Position numbers and translations under genes: made by a program
Assembly (NCBI RefSeq): GCF_024298765.1
Contig: NZ_CP101211.1
Length of the DNA stretch: 64,000 nucleotides
Origin: Escherichia coli
GTDB taxonomy: Bacteria > Pseudomonadota > Gammaproteobacteria > Enterobacterales > Enterobacteriaceae
Reading direction: 5' to 3' (one strand)
Shown: in pieces, positions 10,070 to 20,245 of the stretch
How positions within the stretch are numbered: the stretch's first letter is position 1
How the letters are laid out: the number at the start of each line of letters is the position of its first letter
Notes under the pieces: generated by a model
Seen by the model: the letters and a program-made list of their open reading frames with translations, nothing else
What the model was told of the DNA's origin: nothing
The model's database searches: none

Positions 10070-10228
10070 CTACTTACCGGATTCGTAGGCCAGGATAGCA
10101 AATACCTCCCTTGTTCCGTCTTTCATCCGCAACTCGCAAAGCGAGTTTCGTGTGAGCCAGGTGAATATCAACAGCGTTAAACAAACTATTAATATGCACA
10201 AAACAATGGGTTGGTTCGGCATTTTCAT
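10070..10228 (-). CDS. hok: Hok-family membrane toxin (52 aa)
   Basis: [52 protein letters not shown] closely matches plasmid Hok ([26 protein letters not shown]). Confidence 0.85.
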   Translation of the reverse strand: MKMPNQPIVLCILIVCLTLLIFTWLTRNSLCELRMKDGTREVFAILAYESGK

Positions 10229-10285
10229 GGCCTTCTTCTCCTTGCATTTAAGCAGGCAAGAGGCTACGCTGTGTGTGACTAGCAT
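10070..10285 (-). CDS. mok: Mok, in-frame N-terminally extended reading frame overlapping hok
   Basis: 71-aa frame with ...KEKKAMK junction as in MokC/Mok. Confidence 0.65.
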   Translation of the reverse strand: MLVTHSVASCLLKCKEKKAMKMPNQPIVLCILIVCLTLLIFTWLTRNSLCELRMKDGTREVFAILAYESGK

Positions 10286-10326
10286 ACAGGGGCCTCGGGT
10301 TGTACTGACCCCAGAAAGTTGGACAG

Positions 10327-11178
10327 TTAAACACGAGGCATATAGGTCTGATTCCGATATTCAATTGGAGTCAGACCTTTTAATTTCAGGCTAATTCTTC
10401 TGCTGTTGTAGTATTCAATATATTCCGTAACAGCATCCTTCAGCTCGCTTATATTACTGAACTCATCAAGATAAAAACACTCCGACTTTAAGGTTCCAAA
10501 GAAACACTCCACCACAGCATTATCCAGACAATTGCCTTTTCTGGACATGCTTTGTTTAATACCATGTTCTTTAAGGATATTTTGATATCTTCTCATACGA
10601 TACTGCCATCCCTGGTCAGAGTGCAGAACAGGATGCTCGTGAGGATTAAGCTTTTTGAATGCCTGATCGAGCATATTCTCGACCATGTTCATCACTGGTC
10701 TTTCCGAAAGGCTGTAAGAAATAACTTCGTTGTTGAAGAGATCTATTACTGGAGACAAATACAGCTTGCGCCCATTGACTGCAAATTCAGTAACATCGGT
10801 AACCCACTTCTCGTTTGGCCGCGTAGCCTTGAAATCTCTTTGGAGAACATTGGGGGCGGTTTGCCCTACCTCTCCTCTGTAAGAGCGGTATCGCTTGACC
10901 TTAATCGCTGCCTTCAGTGAGAGGATTCCCATCAGGCGCTGAACAGCTTTATGGTTAATCTGTTTCCCTTCTCGATGAAGAGACAGCGTTACCCTACGGT
11001 ATCCGTATCGGCCTCTATTCTCATGATAAATCTCACCAATACGCTTTTTAACGTCCGCATACTTGTCAGGCTTGCTGAGAGCCTTTAGATGGTAATAAAA
11101 CGTACTGCGCGGTATCTCCGCAGCCCTGAGAAGCTCATCAAGAGGATAAAACTGCCTTAGCTCGTTGAGTACTTTCAC
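10327..11178 (-). CDS. insK: IS150 transposase OrfB (InsK)
   Basis: 283-aa IS3-family DDE transposase matching IS150 InsK. Confidence 0.95.
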   Translation of the reverse strand: MKVLNELRQFYPLDELLRAAEIPRSTFYYHLKALSKPDKYADVKKRIGEIYHENRGRYGYRRVTLSLHREGKQINHKAVQRLMGILSLKAAIKVKRYRSYRGEVGQTAPNVLQRDFKATRPNEKWVTDVTEFAVNGRKLYLSPVIDLFNNEVISYSLSERPVMNMVENMLDQAFKKLNPHEHPVLHSDQGWQYRMRRYQNILKEHGIKQSMSRKGNCLDNAVVECFFGTLKSECFYLDEFSNISELKDAVTEYIEYYNSRRISLKLKGLTPIEYRNQTYMPRV

Positions 11179-11696
11179 TTTTTCGTGGGATGAGCTAAGG
11201 CTTTCAGCTTTTTTAGATACACAAGCCGCGTTTCAAGAAATCGAACTTGCCTTTCAAGATCCTCAATGCGTCGGTCTTTTGACAGCTCCAATGCTGATGC
11301 CGCTTTTTCTGGATCAACTGATATTGCAATGTTTCTTTTGGTGCCAATCTTGAGCGCGCGTAAACCAGCTTCTCCGCGCTCTTCATAAACCTTCAGCCAC
11401 CTGGCTACAGAACCACTACCAGCAAGCATAAAGTGAGCAGCAGCCTGATTAAGGGACATGTGCTGCTCGATCACCGCTTTCACGACCTTAATACGCAACT
11501 CAGGATCAGCACTAACACCTTTAGGTTTGGGAATTAAACCTTTTTCTCCATGTTTTTCATAGAGGGCAACCCATGTCCTGACCTGGGTTCGGGGGACACC
11601 AAAACGTGCCGAGATGATCCTGTAACCATCATCAGTAGTGAAGTAGTGATTCACGACTTCAAGGCGCTTTTCAAAAGGGTATTTTGGCTTTGACAT
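11175..11696 (-). CDS. insJ: IS150 OrfA (InsJ)
   Basis: 173 aa beginning MSKPKYPFEKRLEVVNHYF, matching IS150 InsJ. Confidence 0.95.
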   Translation of the reverse strand: MSKPKYPFEKRLEVVNHYFTTDDGYRIISARFGVPRTQVRTWVALYEKHGEKGLIPKPKGVSADPELRIKVVKAVIEQHMSLNQAAAHFMLAGSGSVARWLKVYEERGEAGLRALKIGTKRNIAISVDPEKAASALELSKDRRIEDLERQVRFLETRLVYLKKLKALAHPTKK

Positions 11697-11836
11697 ATCA
11701 GGGGCTATTCCATTTCATCGTCCAACAAAATGGGTGCAGTACAGGTTAATTGAAAAATTACTCGGGGCTTTCTGCTTTTACCACAGTCAAACAGTGTTAC
11801 CGCTGGCTGGGGCAAAAGCCTCCAGCACCAGCGTCA

Positions 11837-11863
11837 TTATATCACTCTGCCCTGATCAGCCAA
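11837..11863 (-). promoter_or_regulatory. putative sigma70 promoter (original hok promoter, now separated from hok by IS150)
   Basis: minus strand TTGGCT-N16-TATAAT. Confidence 0.35.
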
Positions 11864-12028
11864 ACACCCTGCCTGCATAAATCATTGATTTATAATTTAT
11901 TTGACATGAGTCACTTCCGGTTGTCGGAGACAGTCTTTTTACACTAAAGAAAAGGGTAACGGGCAGCTGCTTGGTCGGAACATACAGTGCAGTTCCTGCC
12001 CGTTTAATTTCCGGATGCAATGGTAGGA

Positions 12029-12634
12029 TCAGGAGGCACTGGTTCCGTTGATTAGGGAAAGCTTATGTGCCTGAATACGGCTGTATTCGAGATGGGATGG
12101 AATATTACAGATGCGCTCCAGTCGATCATGCAGCCTCGTGTAGGTCAGTCGATGAATACCGGACATTTCATCAAGTAGCCAGCGCTTGATGTAAGGGTTA
12201 CAGGAAAGCCGGGCAAGATCGTCGTCATCCACTTCGTCAAAGAACCAGTACTGCTCCATCGGGACTACCTGAAATATCCACGGCCGGGGATAGTCCCCTG
12301 TGACAACCAAAAACCATGCGAGAAAGCATAGACACAGCTCAACGATCATCAGCATCGAAAATTGCGAATAACTTAGACCAGGCACATAGGGTGAACTATC
12401 CGCAACATACCCCCTGAACAATTCCGCCACAAGGTAGCCCAATAGCGACAAGGCCAGCATCAGGGTCAGGATTAATCCCCCATTAAACGCTACCGAAGCC
12501 TTTTGAACCCGATCAGGTGCTGTCCGGCTGCGATAGTTGGTCACTACTCTTTCTACAAGTGCCCTTATGGCAGCCTGTTCTTTACTGACATCAGCTCCGG
12601 AAAAACCGGACGGGCTTTTATTTAATTCAGTCAT
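12029..12634 (-). CDS. membrane protein (201 aa)
   Basis: two long hydrophobic segments; acidic DDDD motif. Confidence 0.5.
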   Translation of the reverse strand: MTELNKSPSGFSGADVSKEQAAIRALVERVVTNYRSRTAPDRVQKASVAFNGGLILTLMLALSLLGYLVAELFRGYVADSSPYVPGLSYSQFSMLMIVELCLCFLAWFLVVTGDYPRPWIFQVVPMEQYWFFDEVDDDDLARLSCNPYIKRWLLDEMSGIHRLTYTRLHDRLERICNIPSHLEYSRIQAHKLSLINGTSAS

Positions 12635-12849
12635 ACCCCACTCCTGTTATGTGCTCTACTGAACAAACACGTAGATCATACAGAGCTCACGGACGCACTC
12701 CTGCCAGATAAAGGAGGGAATTTGGCTGTAAGACGGTTAGCCAACAGTTCAGGTTATGCGTGGGATCCGGCCAGTCAGAAAGGATTCCGTTATTAACAGG
12801 CAAGGTTAAAGGCAGATGGACGTTGAAATTGTGGATGCTAAAAGGGGTA

Positions 12850-13131
12850 TTACTCTTTTTCCTGCATAGCGGCTTTTTCAGCCCGGGTGGCCAGGCGAGC
12901 ATTTCCGAAAGGTTCACGGACAAGCAGGGGCTTCTCCTTCTTCCAGCCCCTGATAGCCGTTTCTCCAAAACGACGTGGTGCATTGCCGTTCCAGCGAGCA
13001 ATCACATGATTATCATGAATTTCTATAATGACAACGGGGTGGACAATGACCGTTGTAATGGTGGTATTTCCCATTTTGGTACGGGTTACAGACCAAACCT
13101 GCATCCCGGATTCCAGCTGGCTGATTTTCAT
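12850..13131 (-). CDS. hypothetical protein (93 aa)
   Basis: ORF with AAGGA RBS; competing overlapping frames are less protein-like. Confidence 0.35.
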   Translation of the reverse strand: MKISQLESGMQVWSVTRTKMGNTTITTVIVHPVVIIEIHDNHVIARWNGNAPRRFGETAIRGWKKEKPLLVREPFGNARLATRAEKAAMQEKE

Positions 13132-13505
13132 ATTATATCCTTAAGCCAACACGAACTGCGCCACAAAAATTAATGTGGCGCAATTTACCATAAACAATAA
13201 ACATCAGATACCCGTGAAGAGATTTCCCTTTATTTTAAAATTCTTCTGGAGAAAAAATGATATTTCCAGAAGAAGTCAGCGAAATTCAGAAACGGCCATC
13301 ACAATGGTGCTGCGCTGACGCTGGCGTTCTGCCTTGCGCTGCCTGCGGCGATAGATCTATTTTGCGCTGACGTAAGGGCAGTCCTCACGGGTATACCAGC
13401 AGCAGCCGCAAGGTTCGGGCCGGGGTTTTCCGGCAAGTCCAAATGGTTTCATCAAGTCACCTTTTTAATATTTTTAATGGCAAGATACTTCCCTAACACA
13501 TTGTT

Positions 13506-13817
13506 TTATCGCATATAACGCTGTTGCATAAACAGATACAGATAACCCTCAGGAGAAAACATGCAAAGGTTATCAGTGATAACCGCATCCAGATACCGAG
13601 TGTCAGTCTGTAAACGTTTTATCACCAGAAAATGTGCTGCCGCAGCCTTAATGCCAGAACTACCGTTTACAACATTATGTATACCCGCTTCGAATAACGA
13701 ACGAGCATGAATTACCTTTTCCCGGGCCGCTTCGATCTCCGCATTAATAACGCATTGCCGCGCCTGGATGACTGCCTCTCCGGTTAAATCGCGGAAATTC
13801 ATTAGAGATGTGATCAT
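13506..13817 (-). CDS. hypothetical protein (103 aa)
   Basis: ORF in minus-strand operon. Confidence 0.4.
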   Translation of the reverse strand: MITSLMNFRDLTGEAVIQARQCVINAEIEAAREKVIHARSLFEAGIHNVVNGSSGIKAAAAHFLVIKRLQTDTRYLDAVITDNLCMFSPEGYLYLFMQQRYMR

Positions 13818-14039
13818 GATTAACTCTCCAGATTATGTGGAATCATTATAACAACTGGCATCCCGCCACAAATAACCTGAGAAAAATTCTTTGAAATATT
13901 CCTATATATAAGGAATTACAGTCGGAAAAGAAACGATGAAATAGCGCCGACCGCTTAAAATCGATAAATTAAAATGGACGGCACTGGAATGAAAAACTGA
14001 AAGTAGTAAGACCGTAATTATCCTTCACGGATGTAAGCT

Positions 14040-14240
14040 TTATAAGAGGAGTACTGGCAAAGCTTTGCCAAGTACTTCGGCGGTTGTGTCTACGATTTTA
14101 CGGATGTCATCGATCTGCGAAGGCTTATTCAACACCACCGTAAAAAGCTCTCCTTCGTTATCAGCCTGCTCGCAGTTTCCGTATCGGCTCCCGTCGTACA
14201 GCTGCACAATACGTGACATAGAAGACTTTGTTTGTTTCAT
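14040..14240 (-). CDS. small protein, distant member of the PMTLNDLS paralog family
   Basis: weak similarity to 14280..14504. Confidence 0.35.
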   Translation of the reverse strand: MKQTKSSMSRIVQLYDGSRYGNCEQADNEGELFTVVLNKPSQIDDIRKIVDTTAEVLGKALPVLLL

Positions 14241-14279
14241 GGCTTTGCACCTGCTTTTAGGCAGTTTGGTTACTGGTTA

Positions 14280-14504
14280 TCAGAAGCTGGTTTCATGCGC
14301 TTCCGGCTGGGACACGAACTGGTATTTGACGCCGCCAGGCACACCTACTGCTTCGGCAATAGAGTCGCAAAGCCGCGATAAATCATTTAGTGTCATCGGA
14401 TATTCAATATCTACAGAATATAAAGCACCTGCATTTTCAGCATCTTCGATGTTTTTATACTGGGCACTAAATATAGCAATGGTCTGAATTTCGTGGTTAT
14501 GCAT
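14280..14504 (-). CDS. small conserved protein (PMTLNDLS...AVGxPGGxKY family)
   Basis: clear paralog of 20246..20485. Confidence 0.5.
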   Translation of the reverse strand: MHNHEIQTIAIFSAQYKNIEDAENAGALYSVDIEYPMTLNDLSRLCDSIAEAVGVPGGVKYQFVSQPEAHETSF

Positions 14505-14558
14505 GAACCGGTCCTTATTAAATTATAAAAGCCACCCGAGAGTGGCCTGAGTTGAAAC

Positions 14559-14762
14559 TTAAATCTGTGAAGTATTTTTGAGAGATTTTTTGCGATCCAG
14601 ATGCCGGGCAACAATGGTTCCGATAACAAGTAGCATGATGACCGCACTGAAGAAGGTGCTGTCAGGGACGCCCTGGAAAAAATCACTGAAACTGTAAACA
14701 ATAAAAATCAATGCGCAAAAATAGAAAACGATACGAACATAAGGGGTAAAAAACATTTTCAT
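14559..14762 (-). CDS. small membrane protein (67 aa, two TM segments)
   Basis: hydrophobic; first gene after palindrome at 14904. Confidence 0.4.
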   Translation of the reverse strand: MKMFFTPYVRIVFYFCALIFIVYSFSDFFQGVPDSTFFSAVIMLLVIGTIVARHLDRKKSLKNTSQI

Positions 14763-14903
14763 CGGTTGCCTTCCATTCAGGGAGAATTCTCAGTAATTAC
14801 ATCACACCTGAAGAGAAACTATTTTCGTATAAATGAGCATTTTCGACATATCAGAGGGGGGGTTTACTCATAAATGAGGTAGTAAGGGTCACACTTGAGG
14901 TGA

Positions 14904-14914
14904 AAGTTACTTTC
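14904..14914. promoter_or_regulatory. AAAGTTACTTT palindrome copy
   Basis: ...GTGAAAGTTACTTTCCTGG...; ~145 bp upstream of 14559..14762. Confidence 0.5.
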
Positions 14915-14941
14915 CTGGCTGCGAACGAACTATCTCAAATG

Positions 14942-15235
14942 TTAGAGGTGTGCGTTCGCCTTGAGAGCCTCATGCCCTGAGGAGCTCAACTTGAGCCGAT
15001 AGTATAAACCTGGCTCCAGATGGCTTGCTGGCTGGCATAACTCCACGAGGCCGAGCCGGAACAGGACCGGAGAGCTCCTGCACGTCACATCATCAGGATT
15101 CCCCATAAACGTACGCCGTTCTCTGGCCCGTCTGAAATTGCCAGAGATATCATAGACCGTGCCGGATGCCATCCGTCGTAACACGTAAATCTGTGCCATT
15201 GTAAGCTTCTGGGCGGAACTGCTTAAACCTGACAT
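14942..15235 (-). CDS. hypothetical protein (97 aa)
   Basis: ORF. Confidence 0.4.
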   Translation of the reverse strand: MSGLSSSAQKLTMAQIYVLRRMASGTVYDISGNFRRARERRTFMGNPDDVTCRSSPVLFRLGLVELCQPASHLEPGLYYRLKLSSSGHEALKANAHL

Positions 15236-15314
15236 ACCTTCCCCTCCTTATATAAAACAATCCGCCAGCAGCTCGACTGGCGGACAATGTTTGACTGGCA
15301 ACAGCAAGGACATA

Positions 15315-15806
15315 CTATTTAGTGACAAGTTTGATCTTGGTTTCACTCATTCGAAGTCGAAACTCCTGAAAACCCTGCTCTACCGCTAACTCCAGCCACT
15401 CAACGGGAATGGTATAGCTACAATCAGACCCACCCAAAGCGGCATCACAAGCGTAATCCCAGTCCTCATCCAGTTTTGGATTCATCCCCTGGGCGTAAGC
15501 CACAGTATCGCGGGATGCGGGAGAGCCCTCAAGCTCAGCATTAGTGATCAGGTATACACCATGACTGTGCGCGAGAAGCACTTTTGGCACCAGATGTGTG
15601 CTGGCAATTTTTGAGGATGAGGGAAAGAAAACCCTACCAGCTTTACGCGCCTCTTCTTCAGTCTGTCCCTCAGCGTTAAGGAGGGCTCCCCCCGGATAGC
15701 ATGCCGGGTCATAGATCTGATCTGCGGTGACCGAAAACGTTTTTGCGGTGCGAATTTCTTCGATCAGTTTATTAATATCCGCCATTTCAAATACGAGAGT
15801 GGTCAC
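15315..15806 (-). CDS. hypothetical protein (163 aa)
   Basis: ORF. Confidence 0.5.
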   Translation of the reverse strand: MTTLVFEMADINKLIEEIRTAKTFSVTADQIYDPACYPGGALLNAEGQTEEEARKAGRVFFPSSSKIASTHLVPKVLLAHSHGVYLITNAELEGSPASRDTVAYAQGMNPKLDEDWDYACDAALGGSDCSYTIPVEWLELAVEQGFQEFRLRMSETKIKLVTK

Positions 15807-16003
15807 AGGCTTACTCTCCCTCTTCAGTGGACAACATCAGATACTTTGTTGCCAGCAGAAGCTCTCCCACATCCTTGAGGGACAATTCAGCTTTGCCTTC
15901 TACGGCAAGCTGCAAGCGCTGTCGAATTGCATGAACAGAATCTGAAGATAAAGATGCCATTTTGCGCAAAACGGCATTAGCCTTTTCTGGTAATGACTCC
16001 AAC

Positions 16004-16507
16004 TTATTGATAGTGTTTTATGTTCAGATAATGCCCGATGACTTTGTCATGCAGCTCCACCGATTTTGAGAACGACAGCGACTTCCGTCCCAGCCTTGCC
16101 AGATGTTGTCTCAGATTCAGATTATGTCGCTCAATGCGCTGAGTGTAACGCTTGCTGATAACGTGCAGCTTTCCCTTCAGGCGTGATTCATACAGCGGCC
16201 AGCCATCCGTCATCCATACCACGACCTCAAAGGCCGACAGCAGGCTCAGAAGACGCTCCAGTGTGGCCAGAGTGCGTTCACCGAAAACGTGCGCCACAAC
16301 TGTCCTCCGTATCCTGTCATACGCGTAAAACAGCCAGCGCTGACGTGATTTAGCACCGACGTAGCCCCACTGTTCGTCCATTTCAGCGCAGACAATCACA
16401 TCACTGCCCGGTTGTATGCGCGAGGTTACCGACTGCGGCCTGAGTTTTTTAAATGGCGGAAAATCGTGTTGAGGCCAACGCCCATAATGCGGGCTGTTGC
16501 CCGGCAT
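16004..16507 (-). CDS. insB: IS1 InsB
   Basis: matches IS1 InsB. Confidence 0.9.
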   Translation of the reverse strand: MPGNSPHYGRWPQHDFPPFKKLRPQSVTSRIQPGSDVIVCAEMDEQWGYVGAKSRQRWLFYAYDRIRRTVVAHVFGERTLATLERLLSLLSAFEVVVWMTDGWPLYESRLKGKLHVISKRYTQRIERHNLNLRQHLARLGRKSLSFSKSVELHDKVIGHYLNIKHYQ

Positions 16508-16701
16508 CCAACGCCATTCATGGCCATATCAATGATTTTCTGGTGCGTACCGGGTTGAGAAGCGGTGTAAGTGAACTGCAGTTGCCATGTTTTACGGCAG
16601 TGAGAGCAGAGATAGCGCTGATGTCCGGCGGTGCTTTTGCCGTTACGCACCACCCCGTCAGTAGCTGAACAGGAGGGACAGCTGATAGAAACAGAAGCCA
16701 C
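16426..16701 (-). CDS. insA: IS1 InsA
   Basis: [30 protein letters not shown]... matches IS1 InsA. Confidence 0.9.
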   Translation of the reverse strand: MASVSISCPSCSATDGVVRNGKSTAGHQRYLCSHCRKTWQLQFTYTASQPGTHQKIIDMAMNGVGCRATARIMGVGLNTIFRHLKNSGRSR

Positions 16702-16948
16702 TGGAGCACCTCAAAAACACCATCATACACTAAATCAGTAAGTTGGCAGCATCACCGCCTTTTCTACAGCAGGATACAGAATTTCTGAGTTGGTATTATC
16801 TTCGTCATTATCAAAGATAATTTCAGAATCCATATTGATGTTATCTTCAAGCCAGCTTGAAAGCACTTCAAGTAATGACATCACCTTTTCAATTTGCATA
16901 TCGCCTCCTCTGTTAATGTGAAACAAATATAACAAAGTGGCTTACCCG

Positions 16949-16963
16949 GCTAATAACCTGAGC
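16949..16963 (-). promoter_or_regulatory. GGTTATTAGCC promoter-proximal element with TATATT 16 bp downstream
   Basis: also forms one arm of a long hairpin (TAACCTGAGCAGAAAGTT / AACTTTTCTGCTCAGGTTA). Confidence 0.45.
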
Positions 16964-17414
16964 AGAAAGTTTTCGCACTTTGTTTGAAAACAACTTTTCT
17001 GCTCAGGTTAATGTTAAAGTCGCTGTGTAAAAGATAAAGGGCACTAAAGATGATTTAAGCATCAAACAGACTAAATCGGATTCCGTCTTTTATATCGCTT
17101 TTAAAATAGAATGAATGAAATATAAATTTAGCGTTTATGATTGAACGCTGTAGAGGTTGATTTATCCAGTGATATTCAGTTTGGGGCCTTAAAAAGGTTT
17201 TATTTTGGATTCGAATTACAAAGGGAGCACCGACATTTTTCTGGGGGCTCCCGCAGAGAAAAAGCGGTGAGGCTATGAAGACGAAGAGGAGGTATTCGAC
17301 GAAATACTGTATGGCCACAGGAGAGCTTCAGCACCCATATCCTGCCGTCTCGCTCGCCTGTAATGATTTCAACATGTACAACGTCATACCACGTAGTTGT
17401 ATTTCTCACTTTGT

Positions 17415-17735
17415 TTATGCTTCCTGACACCGTGTGAACGCAATCTTCGTCTGGATGCGTTCATAGATGGAAAACTGCCTTTCAATGGAACCGGCATTAG
17501 ACAGTAATTCATGAAGCTCAGCAGAGTCTGTATCGGGAACGATAGCTACAGAAACTCCATATCTCCGTCCAATTTTGATTAGGTGCGCAAGCTGTTCTTT
17601 TTCGGATTCTGTGAGCATTGCCAGATCTCTTCCGGACACCTGCTCTATAAACGAACCAAGGTTTTTGGGAAAAAAGGGTTCGGCATCAGAGTTATGTGCT
17701 GGGCGCGTCTGCGGCTTATCGAAGCTATTGGGCAT
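17415..17735 (-). CDS. hypothetical protein (106 aa)
   Basis: ORF ~150 bp downstream of palindrome at 17887. Confidence 0.45.
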   Translation of the reverse strand: MPNSFDKPQTRPAHNSDAEPFFPKNLGSFIEQVSGRDLAMLTESEKEQLAHLIKIGRRYGVSVAIVPDTDSAELHELLSNAGSIERQFSIYERIQTKIAFTRCQEA

Positions 17736-17886
17736 GAATAGAACCTATACAGTTAGAGAACTGGAGAATGGATAAAGACTCTATGAAAATCAGTTGTGCT
17801 ACACTCGAATGCTAATCAAGCTTTATGATGGCTTTAGTAGGGATGGCCGTCAACTTAAACCGATAAGAAGGGAGCCATTTATCGTT

Positions 17887-17897
17887 AAAGTAACTTT
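17887..17897. promoter_or_regulatory. AAAGTAACTTT palindrome copy
   Basis: ...GTTAAAGTAACTTTCCCGG... Confidence 0.5.
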
Positions 17898-17914
17898 CCC
17901 GGATGATGCTCTTT

Positions 17915-18142
17915 TTACGAAATAAGTTTCTCACACTCCTGTATAAGAGTCGCCCTGGAACGAGATCGACTGGCTTTGCTTAATGAAGAGCGTAGTTGAT
18001 GTTCATCAACCCCATCAGCGATAAACTGACCGATTTTTGTTTCAAGCCGCTGCATTGCCTCGTAAAGCTTGGCATCCGCATTATTTTTAAGAAACCTCAG
18101 TATATAATCAGCAATAATTTGGACGGGAGTGAACTTATACAT
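17915..18142 (-). CDS. hypothetical protein (75 aa)
   Basis: ORF. Confidence 0.35.
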   Translation of the reverse strand: MYKFTPVQIIADYILRFLKNNADAKLYEAMQRLETKIGQFIADGVDEHQLRSSLSKASRSRSRATLIQECEKLIS

Positions 18143-18369
18143 TATGTATCCTTAAGACGTTGTGTTAAATGATTCAAAAAAATTTATAACCAGACGTAAA
18201 TTATTATACATAAGTAAGCACTTTAGCTAACAAGCTGGAGGAGTGAATTTCGGTTAGCAACTATATTTTAGAAGCTGATTGCTGAATAGACAAAGCCCGG
18301 CTTACCGGGCATTCATTTAATTAGATGCTAGAAATCTGACCCGTCGTCTGACTTTTATTCCAGGCAGAG

Positions 18370-18981
18370 TTAGGAACTAATAATGATGGCCTGGTCAGTT
18401 TGAGGAAGCCGGTTTCCTCTGATAAATGCAGGGTGGTTTAAACGAGAAGAAGAAATGGTCATCGCCAGAAATGTCTCTTCACGCGAACGCAGAAATTCCC
18501 CCCATGAATAGGTTTCCCATACGTCGTGAGAAAGGTCGGATTCCTTTATGTACCGGGATTGCATTGTTGGCTCAAAATCGACAGGGGCTAAACTGTCATA
18601 GGATGGATGAACACGGTACCCCAATCCCTCCTCCGTCTGATGGTATGCATGTGCCAAAAGGACATCGTGGGAGACCAGGTCATAGTCGTTGTCCTGAACG
18701 AGCGTTTTTACGGTATGACTAATTTCCCCAAAGCCGTCTATTTCCCAGAGCGTTATCATTGTGAACTCAGCTAAAGTTCGTGGGCTCTTTACCAGAAAGC
18801 CATTTAATGCTCGTCGCCCCTTCAGCATGCCAACGTGGTAGGTCTTGTTGGGATAGGGTTTCATTGCCACCAGCGAATCAGCTTTAAGCTCAAGTGACAA
18901 TTCAGGGACAGACACGGACATGAGAGTACACTTGTTTTTCATATGGTGAAGAATACGTGGCACAAGATGCAGATACATCAT
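18370..18981 (-). CDS. hypothetical protein (203 aa)
   Basis: ORF. Confidence 0.5.
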   Translation of the reverse strand: MMYLHLVPRILHHMKNKCTLMSVSVPELSLELKADSLVAMKPYPNKTYHVGMLKGRRALNGFLVKSPRTLAEFTMITLWEIDGFGEISHTVKTLVQDNDYDLVSHDVLLAHAYHQTEEGLGYRVHPSYDSLAPVDFEPTMQSRYIKESDLSHDVWETYSWGEFLRSREETFLAMTISSSRLNHPAFIRGNRLPQTDQAIIISS

Positions 18982-19092
18982 TTTCTCCTTTTATGGATAT
19001 AACTGGCAGATCCTCAGCAGCATCAAAATAGTTAATAGACTTTTTTAATTGGTTAACCACTGTTGATTGACTTGTTTTATGTCTCTGAGAAA

Positions 19093-19659
19093 TTATTCGT
19101 TTTGTTTCTGTTCGTTATACTGCTCAAACCAGAAGACGACCGGTTTTACTACAATATGAAGCAAACCAAAACGTTCTGCGGTACGGAAATTCACGCTATA
19201 TGCGCGAGCCCGTTCAACCTGTTTGGTAATTTCATTTCTCATTCCTTCAACACTAAAAGCTCCTTTAAAAAGGTTGCAGGGAGCGCATGATGGAAATAAG
19301 TTTTCTATTGCATGCAGTTCAGGGTGCATAACCTTACCCGTACTTCGGGCAACATGAGTTACGCCGCTGCCGACCGGGGCTCTCACCAGTTCAAAGTCGC
19401 GTCGAACAGGCTCAACATGATCGGCATGCCACCCTTTTTCAGGAAGCTTGCAACCACAATAGGCACAACGCCCCCCAAATTTCATTCGCAGCTCAGCTCG
19501 CTGTATTTTAGAGATCTTATTTTTAGGTTTTGAGAACCTACCATCAGGTGATTCCGCTTTGGATAACTTTGCTGAGGGCTCAGGTAACTCAACTAAATTC
19601 CCGTTGATATTTATCACCTTGACCATATCATTTTCCGCCTTTACTAATCTCACGGGCAC
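19093..19659 (-). CDS. HNH endonuclease family protein (188 aa)
   Basis: CAYCGC...WHADHVEP...H...CAPCN arrangement typical of the HNH zinc-finger nuclease motif. Confidence 0.6.
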   Translation of the reverse strand: MPVRLVKAENDMVKVININGNLVELPEPSAKLSKAESPDGRFSKPKNKISKIQRAELRMKFGGRCAYCGCKLPEKGWHADHVEPVRRDFELVRAPVGSGVTHVARSTGKVMHPELHAIENLFPSCAPCNLFKGAFSVEGMRNEITKQVERARAYSVNFRTAERFGLLHIVVKPVVFWFEQYNEQKQNE

Positions 19660-19871
19660 AGGAGCTGGCTTAAGTAACCGCTGAAGTTAACAGCCACTGA
19701 CTGCCTCTACCCAGACCTTCTGTTTATACTCAATAGGCCACCCCTCTTTATCTGCCCGGATGACGCAATCATTTACCGTGGTGCGTGACCGGATACGAAC
19801 ATCAAGCGGAAGCGAATCGTTATCCACACGAGCCTGTGCCTCATTTAAAATGCGTAAAAACATCTCTTTGG

Positions 19872-20183
19872 TCATTCAGATACCCCCTCAACTTTGCGAA
19901 TTTTGATCAGATGAGGGCGATTCAGTTTACAAAGTTGTTCTGTCGCTTCATCAATCGAATTGAACCGATGAGCCTCTTCGATATTTAAAGTCCAGTATTT
20001 CGCTTTCCCTTCTCCCAGATCGGACTCAAAATAATTTCGCTTTACATCCATTTTTTTAGGCCTGCCATTTATCTTGACGACATTATGTCTGTCATCAAAA
20101 AGAAATTCGTCCCCCTCAAAAGTGATTAATACAAATGGCCCCTCAGGCTTGGAAGTCCGGGGACTTCCCATTTTCAAAGTCAT
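19872..20183 (-). CDS. hypothetical protein (103 aa)
   Basis: ORF. Confidence 0.4.
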   Translation of the reverse strand: MTLKMGSPRTSKPEGPFVLITFEGDEFLFDDRHNVVKINGRPKKMDVKRNYFESDLGEGKAKYWTLNIEEAHRFNSIDEATEQLCKLNRPHLIKIRKVEGVSE

Positions 20184-20245
20184 ACTTCAGCCTCTCGATA
20201 GAACTCATGAAACCTCAAATTAAAATGGACTCACACCACACTGAT

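Larger units (their letters stand above)
10301..11743 (-). mobile_element. IS150 (IS3 family), 1443 bp, with 3-bp target duplication GGT
   Basis: ends TGTACTGACCCC... and ...GGGTGCAGTACA; GGT at 10298-10300 and 11744-11746; encodes InsJ/InsK. Confidence 0.95.
15989..16756 (-). mobile_element. IS1 (768 bp) with 9-bp target duplication GCCTTTTCT
   Basis: IS1 ends GGTAATGACTCC... and ...GGCAGCATCACC; direct repeat at 15980-15988 and 16757-16765. Confidence 0.95.
15811..16899 (-). pseudogene. small gene split by IS1 (fragments 16757..16899 and 15811..15988)
   Basis: frames join across the 9-bp target duplication to give ...ILYPAVEKANAVLRKMA... Confidence 0.7.

Noticed and set aside
10070-10228. 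Identification of the hok locus as chromosomal hokA of E. coli K-12 (which is also adjacent to IS150)
   Set aside because: The Hok sequence here is of the plasmid R1/F type rather than HokA as I recall it, and the flanking genes are not the K-12 neighbours; the IS150 association is treated as an independent insertion.
12687-13173. Overlapping ORFs 12687..13001 (-) and 12760..13173 (+)
   Set aside because: They are mutually overlapping with no RBS support; only 12850..13131 (-) was retained, at low confidence.
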